Positions 1 to 11,189 of a stretch of DNA of 64,000 nucleotides are shown here, in pieces. Position 1 is the first letter of the stretch; each line of letters begins with the position of its first letter. Under the pieces are notes generated by a model. It ran no database searches and was not told the origin of the DNA. It saw only the letters and a program-made list of their open reading frames with translations. The translations under genes were made by a program, and so were the position numbers. The DNA lies in contig JAQGDQ010000004.1 of NCBI GenBank assembly GCA_030141605.1, positions 1,488,001 through 1,552,000 on the forward strand, given 5' to 3'. The stretch comes from Tubiluchus corallicola. Its lineage: Eukaryota > Animalia > Priapulida.

Positions 1-213
1 TAGTAATGAACAAAAAAAAAGAAAAAGGGAAAAAATAAATAACTGGAAATGGCTGGATAACTAAATGTGTTTAAAAAAAATAGTATATCAACTGATAATA
101 GATCAAAAAGGCATATTAAGCAGCCACTGACATGATGGTTCGTCCATATAATTAAATTCGCTAAGAGTCGAGACCATGATCTATAGAAGCTGAAATTTCC
201 GGTCTTTCATTAA

Positions 214-373
214 TGTAGTATCTTAATATTAGGCCATCTAGGATATACTGTATAATGCTGCCACCTGTCAGCAGTTAAGTAAAGCGAGACAGAGTTGTAA
301 GATTGGGCTTGAACAATAGTTGTGTTGTACTCCCATCAAATCAGAATTGTTACATCGTCTAATTATAAAATCT
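214..373 (+). repeat. 5' LTR, truncated at its 3' end
   Basis: Aligns by eye with 2832-2991 with about 15 differences in 160 nt, then runs directly into protease-coding sequence. Confidence 0.9.
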
Positions 374-374
374 T

Positions 375-2722
375 TGTGGCAAAAGTGTCGAAGCTGAATA
401 TTTAGTCGTACCTGGAAATGCACCTACACTTTTTAGTTATTCTACAGCTACGGACTTAAATCTTATTCATGTGGTCAATTCAATCTCAGACACTGAAGAC
501 AATATCGTACAAGAATTTGATTCAATGTTCCATGGACTTGGTAAGTTGAAGAACTATCAGCTGAAACTGCATATCGATAAAAATGTTATCCCAAAGGCAC
601 AGCGTCAATACTGCATCCCATTTCTCATGCGAGAGAAAGTAGAAGCGGCAATCAAAGAGTTGGAAGACCAAGCCATCATTGAAGAAGTCACAGGACCGAC
701 ACCATGGGTATCGCCAACAGTTCCAGTGCCGAAAGGTGAGAGAAGGCAAGTGAGGCTATGTGTATATATGACAGCCCCAAATGAAGCAATCAAGCGTGAA
801 TGCCATGTGACTCCAACATTTGATGACATAGTGTGCCAACAAGGGGTATCATCAGATTGAACTGCATTCGGACTCCAGATACATCACCACATTTGTGACA
901 CACTGTGACCTACAGAGGACTCCTCAGAGCACTCACCAGGAAAGAGAGCAAATGGGCACGGACAGATAGCCATAAAAGTGCATTCAAAGCAATCAAAGAC
1001 AGCCTCTGCATCAGCGAAAACAGATATAATCTGTGATGGCAGCCCAGTGGGCATAGGAGCAATCTTAGTTCAGAAATCATTACATTTGCAACCTAGAGTC
1101 ATTGCTTATGCCAGTAAAGCCCTCAGCGATGTCCAACAGAGGTACAGCCAGATCGAGCGTGAGGTCTTAGCAGTTGTATGGGCAATCAGCCATTTTCGAC
1201 TTTATGTTTATGGCAAAGAATTCTCCGTGATAATAAACCACAAACCGCTTATTCCTCTTTTCAATAAACCAACAGCGAAGCCACCACCAAGGATTACTAG
1301 ATGTATTTTGGGGTTACAGACCTAAGCATTTCAGCTTAGATATCAACCAGGAGCAAGTAACCCAGCTCATTACCTGTCATGTCATCCTAACCAACATCTA
1401 GAGACAAAATGTGACATAATCGAAGAGAGTGCAGAAAAATTTGTAAACTTTTGTGCTCAGTTCAGCATTCCTAAATATCCATCTATCAAGGAAATCGCAG
1501 CTGCTACTCAAGCAGACGAAATTTTGAAAGCAGTAATCAACAAAGTGCAGTCCAAGAAGTGGTGAGTAAGAGTGCAACACTCGAATGTATCTGACGGTCA
1601 GTTGCAATCGTATATAATGTCGCAAATGAGCTGTTGTATTCAAACCAACATCTTGTGCTACTAGCGAGTCTTCAGAAGCGAGCATTACACATTGCGCACG
1701 AAACACATCAAGAAATAACTAAAACAAAAGCCATGGTAAGGGAGAAAATCTGGTTCCCAGGCATTGATCGTAAAGTTGAACGACTCCTTCAGTCATGTCC
1801 TGTATGTCAAGCAGTAGATGACCAGAAACCAGGTGAACCCATTTGTATAACTGACAGTCCAGAAGATGTGTGGACCAATGTATCAATTGACTTTTATGGG
1901 CCAGTGCATGACAAATATGATCTAGTTGCCATCGATGATCTATCCACGTATATTAAGTGTGAGTTTCTATCCTCCATGCCAGCCTTTTGTACCACAACAG
2001 CCCTTGATAAGATATTCGCAGTATATGGAATACCTCATGTTGTCTAATCAGACAATGGACTGCCAATCTTCAGTGAAGAATTCAGGAAGTTCGCAGCATA
2101 TCTTGGATTTAAACACCAGCGTGTCACTCCACTTTGGCCAGCTGGAAATGGTCAAGTTGAGAGAGTGATGAGAAGCATCAAGAAAGTGCAACAGTGTGCA
2201 AAGCTCGAAGGCAAACCATTCAAGCAGAGTCGATGTCAATACCTGAAAGACTACCGTACTACACCACACAGAACTACAGGAATAGTGCCTGCTGACATCA
2301 TCTTTGGAAGAAAGGTAACCAATAGACTCCCGTCAGTTGACATCCCAGAATCAGCAATGCTATCTACTGCTAAAGAGAAGAACCAATTAGAAAAAGAGAG
2401 GCGACAGATGTATTATCCTTCACATAATAGCAATCGATATCGAAATGTAAAATTTCATATTGGACACAGTATTCTTGTTTGTCAGCATGGGTACCTAAAC
2501 AAATCAAGTTCTCAGTGTGATCCAAATCCATACAAGATTGTAGATATAGCGGGCAGTAGGATCACTTGTGAAAGAAAAGGTAAACGTGTAATGCGCAACA
2601 ATATGTTCTTGAAGAAGGTTCCATACAGTAATTACAAATGGGAAATGATGGGTGATGATGATGACGACAACGATGACGTTGATATAGTGCGTCGAGCAGC
2701 CAACAGTGACGTAAATCAATGA
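375..2722 (+). pseudogene. Gypsy pol pseudogene: protease C-terminus, partial RT, RNase H, integrase
   Basis: Protease tail YLVVPGNAPTLFSYSTATDLNLI; RT N-terminus PTPWVSP..VPK...VRLCVYM...N; RNase H CDGSPVGIGAIL...AYASKALSDVQQRYSQIERE; integrase zinc finger AHETH...CPVC with core SIDFYG / SDNG / GQVER. Has several stops, frameshifts and deletions. Confidence 0.92.
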
Positions 2723-2831
2723 GGTGAGATGCAACAACACCAAGTTATAATGCTGAGGTTGCAACCCAGAAGAATAAAAAGACCTGTTCAGAGATTAATA
2801 GAAGAAATTTAATCTAAACGAAGGGAGGAAA

Positions 2832-3005
2832 TGTAGTGTCTTAATATTAGGCCATCTAGGATATACTGTATAGTGCTGCCACCTGTCGGCACGTAAGTAG
2901 AGCGAGACAGAGTTGTAAAATTGGGCTTGAACAATAAAGTTGTTTTACTCCCTTCAAATCAGTATCGTTACATCGTCTAATTATAAAATCTAAAACTTAC
3001 CAGTA
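2832..3005 (+). repeat. 3' LTR
   Basis: Follows the PPT and matches the 5' LTR. The right end is uncertain: 3002 if it ends in CA, 3005 if the ATTAA TSD is correct. Confidence 0.88.
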
Positions 3006-3383
3006 ATTAATAACCATGTTATAATTAATTATATAGATCACACACATATACATATGGATGAACCATGGTATTAGTTGCTGTTTTTATGTTATTCTATTTA
3101 GTCAGACAGAGGTTCCCCAGTGACAAATCTTCTGCTGTGAAAGATCACTTAATGGATTAATAAATAAATGTAATATTCCAAAATAAACAATTTACGTAAA
3201 TATAGAGAGCTAAGTACTAACTTATCTTATATTTATTTTCTCATAAAAATTACTTATTAGGTGAACTTCATGCTTTCATTAGGCTTATACAAATGGTTTG
3301 TTTACAGTTAAATACAGATTTACCATAAACGCGTACTACAGTCATGCTATATTATGATAAGTTAATGTATTAAATATGCTTAC

Positions 3384-3583
3384 TTTAAATCCCATATGAG
3401 TTCTCTGTCCAGCTGCTACAAATTTGCCAGATTTAGAAATTTTTAAGCAAGAAACATTCTTTGTGTGTCCCTTGAGAAATGTTTGTGAAGTTTCCACGAT
3501 GTTCAGCACAACAACTGTACAACCGAGTGGATAAACAAGATGCACATTATCTGGATGAACTTTAAGTCCAGCTGGCACCGTAC
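3384..3583 (-). CDS. CFAP52: CFAP52/WDR16 (cilia- and flagella-associated WD40 protein), coding exon 2; the gene continues beyond the left edge of the window
   Basis: Reads (G)TVPAGLKVHPDNVHLVYPLGCTVVV...FLKGHTKNVSCLKISKSGKFVAAGQRTHMGFK, matching the CFAP52 N-terminus. ttgcag acceptor and gtaagc donor; 200 nt, phase-consistent with exon 1. Confidence 0.92.
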
Positions 3584-4755
3584 CTGCAAGGTGATTTAAT
3601 AATATAGGCATAGCTACAAACAGAACTAAAAAAAACGTAAACAAACAAAATAAACTACAAATTTCATTGTTTATTAGATAAAAATAATAAAATACTTTTT
3701 GTGATTTAAAAAAAATAATTTTGGGTTACAATAGTTGATACACGATGATAATTTTTCAAAGAAAAACATAAGCAGGGTAAATAACACATGTAGAAAAAAA
3801 TGAAATATGTATAAATTATGATTATTTATAATTTTGAGAAGCCTGCCAACCATTTGATGCAAAAATGAGTGTGAAATGTAGAAAGCCTGGGGACTATTTC
3901 ACCCCTGGCAGGGGTCCAACGGACAAATTAATACCTCAGAACTTTTTATTTTGTGTGTCAAAATTGAAGTATAAAAGAATAAGACAAAAATTTAAAAAAA
4001 TTAGAGCACTATGCTATTATGTTCTTTCGTATACAAGAAAAAAGGCTTAATAGCACCCATAAATGATTAACTTTCAATTTCAATACACTTTAGTATAATA
4101 TATAAGCTGTGACATGCATGCATGTTACTGTATTGAGAGTATTGTTACTACTTGTGCATTGATTGGTGCTGACGCAAAGGAAGCCAGGTGATTTTGCAAA
4201 CTTGAGTGGGATGTTGTGGAACTGAAATTTGATGCGTGTGTGCATGTGAAAGTCTTGAAATGCATATGACACACATCTATAATGTGTGAAAGTTGGCATT
4301 TGGTCTGTTCAATTCAATTCAGTTCAGTGTATGGTGCAAATATGCAAATATGGACAATATTACATACATTACTAGCAACTACAAGATAAAAAGAAAAAAT
4401 ATATACCTCAGAATACATATATACTACTATACTAAAGTTAAGAATAAGAGTGCATTTTTTTATTACTCAGTATCAGGTTAGTGATGATTTGAGAAAGCAA
4501 TAAATTATCTTCTCTTAAGTCCTCTAGGCTCTATATAATCGACATAATCTGATTGAAATACGGTACTGTAGATTATTTTTCAATCATGTTTACCTACTAC
4601 TTGTTGTATGGTAGGAATAAAAAGATTCTAATTTACATACTCTTACATCAATAAGTATTAAAGGGAAGAGGAAGCCCTATTACTGTTAATAGCAAAAATA
4701 CCTGAATGAAAGAATAAAATTCGAAGTTCAACGGATTACACATAAATATACTTAC

Positions 4756-4855
4756 CATCAAATCCAATTATAGAATGCAGTTTTAATTTGTCAACTTCAT
4801 GAATGTTACTATCATTCTCGTCTGTTACTTTATTCGTTTGCAATTGGCTTGCCAT
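4756..4855 (-). CDS. CFAP52: CFAP52/WDR16 coding exon 1
   Basis: ATG at 4855; MASQLQTNKVTDENDSNIHEVDKLKLHSIIGFD(G), then a gtaagt donor. Joining to exon 2 gives the family motif IGFDGTVPAGL. Confidence 0.88.
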
Positions 4856-5040
4856 TTTGCACTAAAACGTAAAATGTATCTTTACCACTCAGGCCTCATT
4901 AAACCTCGGACTTGTGTTAACAACTTTTACTAAAATTTATACAGCGCAGTTACTAAGGACGCGAGCAAACAGCTCATTCGCCCTCTACTGCAAATTTTGT
5001 GAAACCTTTGATGGACAAATTTGACAAGAGAACATCGACT
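4856..5040. promoter_or_regulatory. Compact bidirectional promoter between CFAP52 and SELENOT, with RFX X-box-like and forkhead-like motifs
   Basis: Divergent start codons are 155-185 bp apart. GTTACTAAGGAC at 4949-4960 and GCAAACA at 4965-4971. Confidence 0.7.
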
Positions 5041-5207
5041 ATGGCTGGTGTAACATGGTGTTTTATGCGTTTTTCTTGTTTAATTTTACTTTTTTGTATT
5101 ATAGGAAATAAGTATTTGGGCTCTTTCTCGTCAAACGCACTAAGTAGTGACAAACAGTTTCCCCCGATGCAGCAATTTGCTGCGCCTACAATTAAATTTT
5201 TATTTTG
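5041..5207 (+). CDS. SELENOT: Selenoprotein T exon 1 (signal peptide; an alternative in-frame ATG lies at 5011)
   Basis: MAGVTWCFMRFSCLILLFCIIG...APTIKFLF, then TG|gtaggt. The split codon TG+C forms the Cys of CxxU. Confidence 0.87.
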
Positions 5208-5404
5208 GTAGGTGGTGGTTATTATACTTAAGTTATAGACCTGTGTTTTTATTGCTTCCATTTTTATTGCCAATGTTTTTTACTTAGTACTAGCGTAGTA
5301 AACTGAATTGGATTGAATATGAACTTACGAATATATACATATTACGTTTCAATTCATAGCTTCTCTACTCGGTATACTGCTTGAATTAAATTAAAATTAA
5401 AGGA

Positions 5405-5550
5405 AGATGATGATTGTTCCGATGATCAGAATACTGAATTTGCGAGATGCTCTTCTGGTCATTGGAATTGGGAGTTTGCTTTGTTCAAGTTCCGATCATC
5501 AGAACTGAATTTGCTGTGCACAATTTCCGATCATCGGAAAATTTAATTTG
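5405..5550. repeat. Short degenerate tandem repeat (about 33-bp unit, TTCCGATCATCAGAACTGAATTTG core)
   Basis: About four related copies visible in SelT intron 1. Confidence 0.6.
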
Positions 5551-8257
5551 TTAGTCTAACAATCTAACAGTCTTCGAATAATCTAACACAGCTATACTAT
5601 TATATCCTGCACTCGAATCAACTACGACCTGAATTGGTACTGGCAGCCAAGATGCTCTGAACACCACTCTTACCTGGAAAGGCAGCCAACAGAAAATGCA
5701 GTAGCCCAACATTCCTACTGTCCCTATCCCAGGCAATGAGCTTATGTATGCACAACCATGAGGATATTTTTGCTCAAAAAAGCCAATGGGTATAGATTCT
5801 TTAAAACTGATTTGAAATAAGGTTTGCTGTGAAAATATTAGAAATTTGTGAGGTTATGGCTGCTTTACTTATACTTAACAAAGCACAGTAAAGCGCTTTT
5901 AAACCTACCCCACCCCTCCTGAAAATAGAAGTGTCCGTCTGCTGTGCTAGACAGTGCAGTATTGCTGGGAAAAAAGTTGTCTTGGAACAGAACATTAAGA
6001 AACAGGTTGGAAGTTTAGGTTTTCATCATTTTATTGCAAACATACATTTTAGAAAATATAACTAGATGAGATAATGATAAAACACAATGAAGACCATAAA
6101 GCATTTATGCAGTGCATTTCAAAGGAGTAAAAATGTAATTTTAGTCAAGGACATTTTTACAAAAATGTTTGATTTGCTGAAGAGTTTGTGCTTCTTTTCA
6201 GAATTTATCCGCAGATTTCACAAAGTTGGACTTTATAAAGTACACTTTAGAATCCTTTAATAAATTACCAGAGCAGGAATTGTTCTGCTTCCTCGTGATA
6301 ATGTGTTAAATTCATCAAATTGAAGGGTCTAGCACATTGAATTCTTTAGTAAGGAGACAAAATATGTAAGCAAAGTGTATGCAAAATAGTCTCAAATCTC
6401 TAAATGCTTATAATTTGTTTTTAAATGCATCGTAATCAGTTGTAATATTTGCAGGAAATATTATGCATTCATATTTGCTTTCACCAAGTTTAGCATTAAT
6501 AAAACTGTAGTGATATAAGTTGGTATGTGCACAATTCTTGTAGAATTTCATATTCTGGCCCGTTGTAGATGAATAATAGAAGTATAAGTGAGAGTTAAAT
6601 TGCTGAAGCCATTAAAGATCTTGAACATTTTAATAACTTTCAATGTACATGTGGCATGCCATTATTGAAGTGAGGGTATCAAACTTCACAGTCATGGGAA
6701 AGGTGAGAACAAACAACTGAGACGTAGTTCTAAGTAAAATAAGATATTTAAATTTTGATGTGACGTTTCTAGATACCTGACCAAGAAGCTGATTACGTTT
6801 ATCAACCTTTAATATATGTTGAAATTAATGAAGTTTGGCACACTATAAGTTACTAGTCCTTAACTAGTTGCTAGTCGAAAGTTGGACAATTTGCAAAAAT
6901 TGGTATTTGCCTACCCACCTGCACAATATACTTAAAATGTAATAAGAAAACAGAGAACCAACCAGTTAAATCAGTCAAGCCCATTTAAATTTGTTTGTTT
7001 GATGATGTGTAATTTGCTAACCTTATACATTTTTGTTTAAATAGTTAACGTATTTTTGCTTGTTTTCTATTTATTTGGCCACAGAAAAATTGTTTTTGTC
7101 GTACCTCTTGAGCTCAAAAGGTGTCAGTTGGGATGGAGGAAAAATATAGTTTTGGAAAGCTTTTAAAGCTTTGTGAATGTTTAAAGAGGAATCGTGGAAC
7201 ATTTAAAATCAGTTGTAATCAAAATTTCTTTATTTCCCACTGGTTAGCAGTGATGTTTTAAATATTTTCTGTGAACATTTTTTCTTGCTTTGTTTTTTAG
7301 TTTTTGTTTTGCATTACTAAATTATCGTATAATTATCGATTATGGTATAGTCTCTTTTTTGTACGGTTTGAACATACGTTCCGATAATTATGGTATAAGT
7401 GGGAACATTATTCGGCCAGTAATACACTGATTTTGCCAAAATACGATACTTTTTAGCTTGCAATGCGATAATCAGCATTTTACGAAATGGCAACACTGGC
7501 CGAAGCTGCACCCTTGCCGAAACAACAATGTTATAATAATTGTTGTGTTTTACCTTTAAATTAAAGAGATACAGTACGCTTTTATGTGACTGCGTCAATT
7601 AAGTATGTGAATGTGCAAAGAAATATAAAATTCCCAGCCGAGCGCGGGTTAAAAAAATATTACCAGTGCGATTAGACGTTAACAGAAGTATTTTTATTGT
7701 CAACCTTGCTAATGCAAAAAGTGCACCAGTCCGTGATTGGTTCATTTGGCTTTAATTATCCATAACATGCAAGCGAACAAATGCTTGCTTGCACATGTGT
7801 AGAATTACAATTACTAGGTCTGTCTCTCATGGATACCTGCAGGATGCAAAAATACATTATATTTTATGTATGTGTGCTAATTTGTAAAAAAAGAACCAAA
7901 ACTACGTTTAAAAACACGTGTACACTGTCCAATGTATGAACAAATAATTATTGTCTTGTGTGATTTAGCTACTCGTCTGTCGATTTAGTAACTTTACTAA
8001 ACTTTAACATTTAACATTTTTGCAATTCATATTAATGCTAGCAGGAGAGTGTGAATTGAACTCCTTTGTTTAAAATGAAGAATCTTGGGTTTAGAAAATA
8101 GTCCAAGGTTAATCTCTTCACTAATTGTCCTTACTAACAAAAGTAATAGTATTATAAAAAAGAATGAACTCTTTTTTAGTATACTTTAGTTAATTTTGCA
8201 ACGAATTTGATACAAAAAATTGTCATTGTTGTAAATCTTGGTTTATTTTATTTGCAG

Positions 8258-8495
8258 CTACTCATGAGGATACCGTAGGGTGTATGAGCAGTTTGCTGCT
8301 GCCATACACCAGAAATACCCTCAACTGACAGTTGAGGGTTCCAATTACCCGCCACCACCTCTTAATGCTCAGCTAGCTTCAATACTTTCAATGGTAAAGT
8401 TTGTAATAATTGGCATTATCATATCAGGGATCAATCCGTTCCAGCAATTTGGCATGGAAACACCAAACTTTTTTATTTGGGCAAGTGAAAACAAG
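8258..8495 (+). CDS. SELENOT: Selenoprotein T exon 2, containing the Sec codon TGA at 8265-8267
   Basis: tttgcag|C TAC TCA TGA GGA TAC CGT AGG GTG TAT GAG = (C)YSUGYRRVYEQF...EGSNYPP...NPF...WASENK, then a gtaagc donor. Confidence 0.96.
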
Positions 8496-8784
8496 GTAAG
8501 CTTGCATTTGATTTGTGCAACAGACTTACTTGGCCAAGAATTATGCTTTTATGAAGAAAAATAAATAATATTTGCCTTTGTTTATATAATGGGTACATGC
8601 ACACTTGAGTATTTATCATTTTTGTACTATGCTGCATCATTAAAAAATCCATAAATAAATAATTTATTATTACCTATAGTGATTTTTAAGTTTTATTTCA
8701 CATGTATACCCTGTAATTAAAACATTAATAGTGTCACTTTGTTGCTGTATAGTATAACAAGTTTTTGTGTTATTTCTGTTGCAG

Positions 8785-8872
8785 GTTTATGCGTGCATGA
8801 TGACATTTTTTATATCTAACTTCATTGAAAGTCAGCTTCTTTCAACTGGTGCTTTCGAAGTAGAATTCAATG
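8785..8872 (+). CDS. SELENOT: Selenoprotein T exon 3
   Basis: VYACMMTFFISNFIESQLLSTGAFEVEFN, containing the Rdx-family TGAFEV motif; AG/GT boundaries are in phase. Confidence 0.95.
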
Positions 8873-9348
8873 GTATGCTTGTATATGTATATTGGTGATA
8901 TTGGTATATTTTGTGTGTATTATACTTAGGCTCAGGGCCGGTTTTAATCCATTTGGACAGATGTGTACAAATTGGGCCCCACGCCAAGAGGGGTTCCACG
9001 CACACGCTCAAGTTGAGGTCGCTATGGTGATTTGATGAATTAATGAGTGCCCAGTGTACAAGAAGTTTTTTGATACTGTGAAGCAATGAAACCATTCAGT
9101 CTGTCCTTGTATATCTGTGTTTCAATGTGTTTTTTGCTGATCGTTCACATGTTTTGTTATTTCAGTTTTTTTTGTTTTCCCGATGTGGTTCTCAAATGCG
9201 CTATTTAAATAGATCTGTGCTAGCCTAATAGCTTGCGAGATGGTGACATTTTTATTTGTGCTTTGAAATTTGGGTTTGATAACAGCGTAATATACTGATA
9301 GATAAAGTTATAGGAAGTTTTTTAGATATTTTCGTTTATATTTTTCCT

Positions 9349-9712
9349 TGCTGGAACAAACCCACAATTGTTGAATTTTGATAGTAGGCATGAAACACAG
9401 AATTTAAATCACAGAAATTTGAAAATTTCTCATGCTAGAGTGATTCTAACTACTTAATTAATTTTATTTTGTAGTGTGATTGATCTAACACTAGAAATGC
9501 TGAATTCTGTTGGCCAGTTATAGGGTTGAACTTTAGGCTGCCTTGACCACTAGATACAGTAGCTGAGTGGTCATGGCATCTGCCTTGTAAGAAGAATGTC
9601 CTTGGTTCAAATCAAGTCTGTATCCCAACTTTTTCAAATTTCTGATGCTTTAAATCTGGTATCAAAATTTAATTAAATGTGGGTTTGTTCCAGCATTAAT
9701 AATAATCTTGAG
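9349..9712 (+). mobile_element. tRNA-Thr(TGT)-derived repeat (SINE-like) preceded by an inverted partial copy of its own tail
   Basis: Cloverleaf-like segment 9553-9624: acceptor stem GATACAG/CTGTATC, A box, B box GGTTCAAATC, anticodon loop CT-TGT-AA. 9349-9425 is the reverse complement of 9631-9695. Related copies at about 21040 and 37530. Confidence 0.7.
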
Positions 9713-9741
9713 ATTTATAATCATTTTTCCTGCACTTTCAG

Positions 9742-9845
9742 ATTTACCAGTTTGGTCGAAATTAGAAGTAGGTCGAATTCCGTCACCGCAAGAAATGTTT
9801 CAAATTATTGATAATAACCTACGGATGCATAACGCTAACATGTAA
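9742..9845 (+). CDS. SELENOT: Selenoprotein T exon 4, ending at the true stop TAA
   Basis: (D)LPVWSKLEVGRIPSPQEMFQIIDNNLRMHNANM*. The total CDS from ATG 5041 is 597 nt (198 aa). Confidence 0.95.
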
Positions 9846-11074
9846 AGGAAATTTTAACATATGACTGCCGCAATGGTAATTGATAACTATACGGGGTTTT
9901 GTAATTAATTAAAGTACAATGTACGTCAAGTATACTTTTGATTGTGCTTTTAAGAACTTTTAAACGTAATCAACACGATATTAGTCATGTGCACCAATGT
10001 TTATTTTTTGGTGGCAGCATACCGGGAAAATAATCAACAGTAGCTCCACTTCAGGTGATTAGAAATGGTGGCAGTGGCATGCTCAATCAAACTGTACATC
10101 CAGTATGCGCATGATTTTGCTCTGTTAGTGGGAAATGACATACTGCTAAGCTCACTGACCTTGAGGCTTAAGTGCATAAAATTACTATAATCAGGGCTAT
10201 AATTAATGCAAGCAGCGAAACTCTTTTCATGTAATAATCTGTAGTTTTCTGCACTCTGTCAAATCACCTTGTGACAAAGATAAGTAAAAGTTGGAAAATT
10301 TGTATTACCTTTTAGTACATGGGTAGAGAATCGAATTAATTCCTGGGCAGCGGGTTAGTGTCGTGAATAGCAATAAGCAAATTGCACTTGGTACACGAGT
10401 CATAGTCTACAGACTATATTGGTTAGATTTGAATCCATGCCTCCATAGTCATTTGAGGCTTTAAATTATAGTAAAATTAGGGCTCAACAATGTTCTAAAT
10501 ATACTAAATCAGATAATTATTTCCCATTTATATTCTGGCTTCTTTTCCACCTTTGAAACTGTGCCAAATTCTACCTTACGTCTACAATGTGTACGTACTC
10601 TAGCCTGTAGTCTGAGCTGACACTAGAGTTTTGCAACATGCTTTGCCACAGTTTGTTCTGTATGTTATACAGTAAACACATTTTGTTTGCAATTTAGGCA
10701 TAAAAATCTAATATTTTGCTTACGCATTTACACCAGCATCAATTAATTTTAGTTAACTATTGATAATACATTTGTCTTTTTATTGGTGAATTTGTAAAGA
10801 TGAACTCTGTTTTATCGTGCGTCAATGGCGAGGTGGCGCTGATTTTTTTCAAATAGAAGAATGCAAGGTTCCGCAAGTTTAGACAAAGTAATAAAAAGAA
10901 ATGGAGAAGCTTTGTTTTCAAGACTTTGATAGACACAATTTTTGTCATTTGCGAGGTTTAACCATTTGAGATTAGTATGGTACCATTTTAAGTAAAAGTG
11001 CATTTATATTTCCCAGCATAATAGTGTACTTTCACTTTATATTTTTCAGTTGCTGTTTCTAAGCTTTGGTGTAC

Positions 11075-11166
11075 TTGCAACTGCTGGAGACTTCATGAAG
11101 GTTAACACAGAAACCAGTGCTTTCTGGAAGTGAAAACCGGAACTTCGTCTGTGCGGTTGTTGCAAG
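11075..11166 (+). promoter_or_regulatory. SECIS element (type II) of SELENOT
   Basis: ATGAA at 11095-11099 opposite GGAA at 11139-11142; helix II GGTTAACAC/GTGAAAACC; unpaired AAA; apical mini-stem CCAG/CTGG; helix I GCAACTGC..AGAC/GTCT..GCGGTTGT. Confidence 0.85.
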
Positions 11167-11189
11167 AACAATCACTGCTGTGCTGATAT

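Larger units (their letters stand above)
214..3005 (+). mobile_element. Degenerate Ty3/Gypsy LTR retrotransposon in CFAP52 intron 2, antisense to the host gene
   Basis: Direct repeats start TGTAG at 214 and 2832. A polypurine tract (GAAGGGAGGAAA, 2820-2831) precedes the 3' copy. Candidate 5-bp TSD ATTAA at 209-213 and 3006-3010. Internal pol remnants are in PR-RT-RH-INT order. Confidence 0.93.

Noticed and set aside
3095-3145. Possible CFAP52 exon 3 (minus-strand acceptor ctttcacag)
   Set aside because: Reads QKICHWGTSV then a stop, unlike the expected ADII.WD continuation; exon 3 probably lies outside the window.
5405-5550. CRISPR-like repeat-spacer pattern
   Set aside because: Eukaryotic intron, degenerate tandem units without unique spacers, and no cas genes.
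8280-8564. ORF-track protein starting after the TGA
   Set aside because: Artefact of treating the Sec codon as a stop; it also reads past the donor at 8496.
8933-9110. CAGGGCCGG-starting hAT-like MITE
   Set aside because: The left end is suggestive, but no convincing right TIR or TSD was found.
9553-9624. Functional tRNA-Thr(TGT) gene
   Set aside because: Mismatches in the anticodon and T stems, and it is embedded in a dispersed repeat with diverged copies.
10105-10215. Alternative SECIS candidate (two ATGA motifs and a TAAGCTCA/TGAGGCTTA hairpin)
   Set aside because: No correctly spaced AA loop and GA quartet partner; the 11075-11166 structure fits much better.
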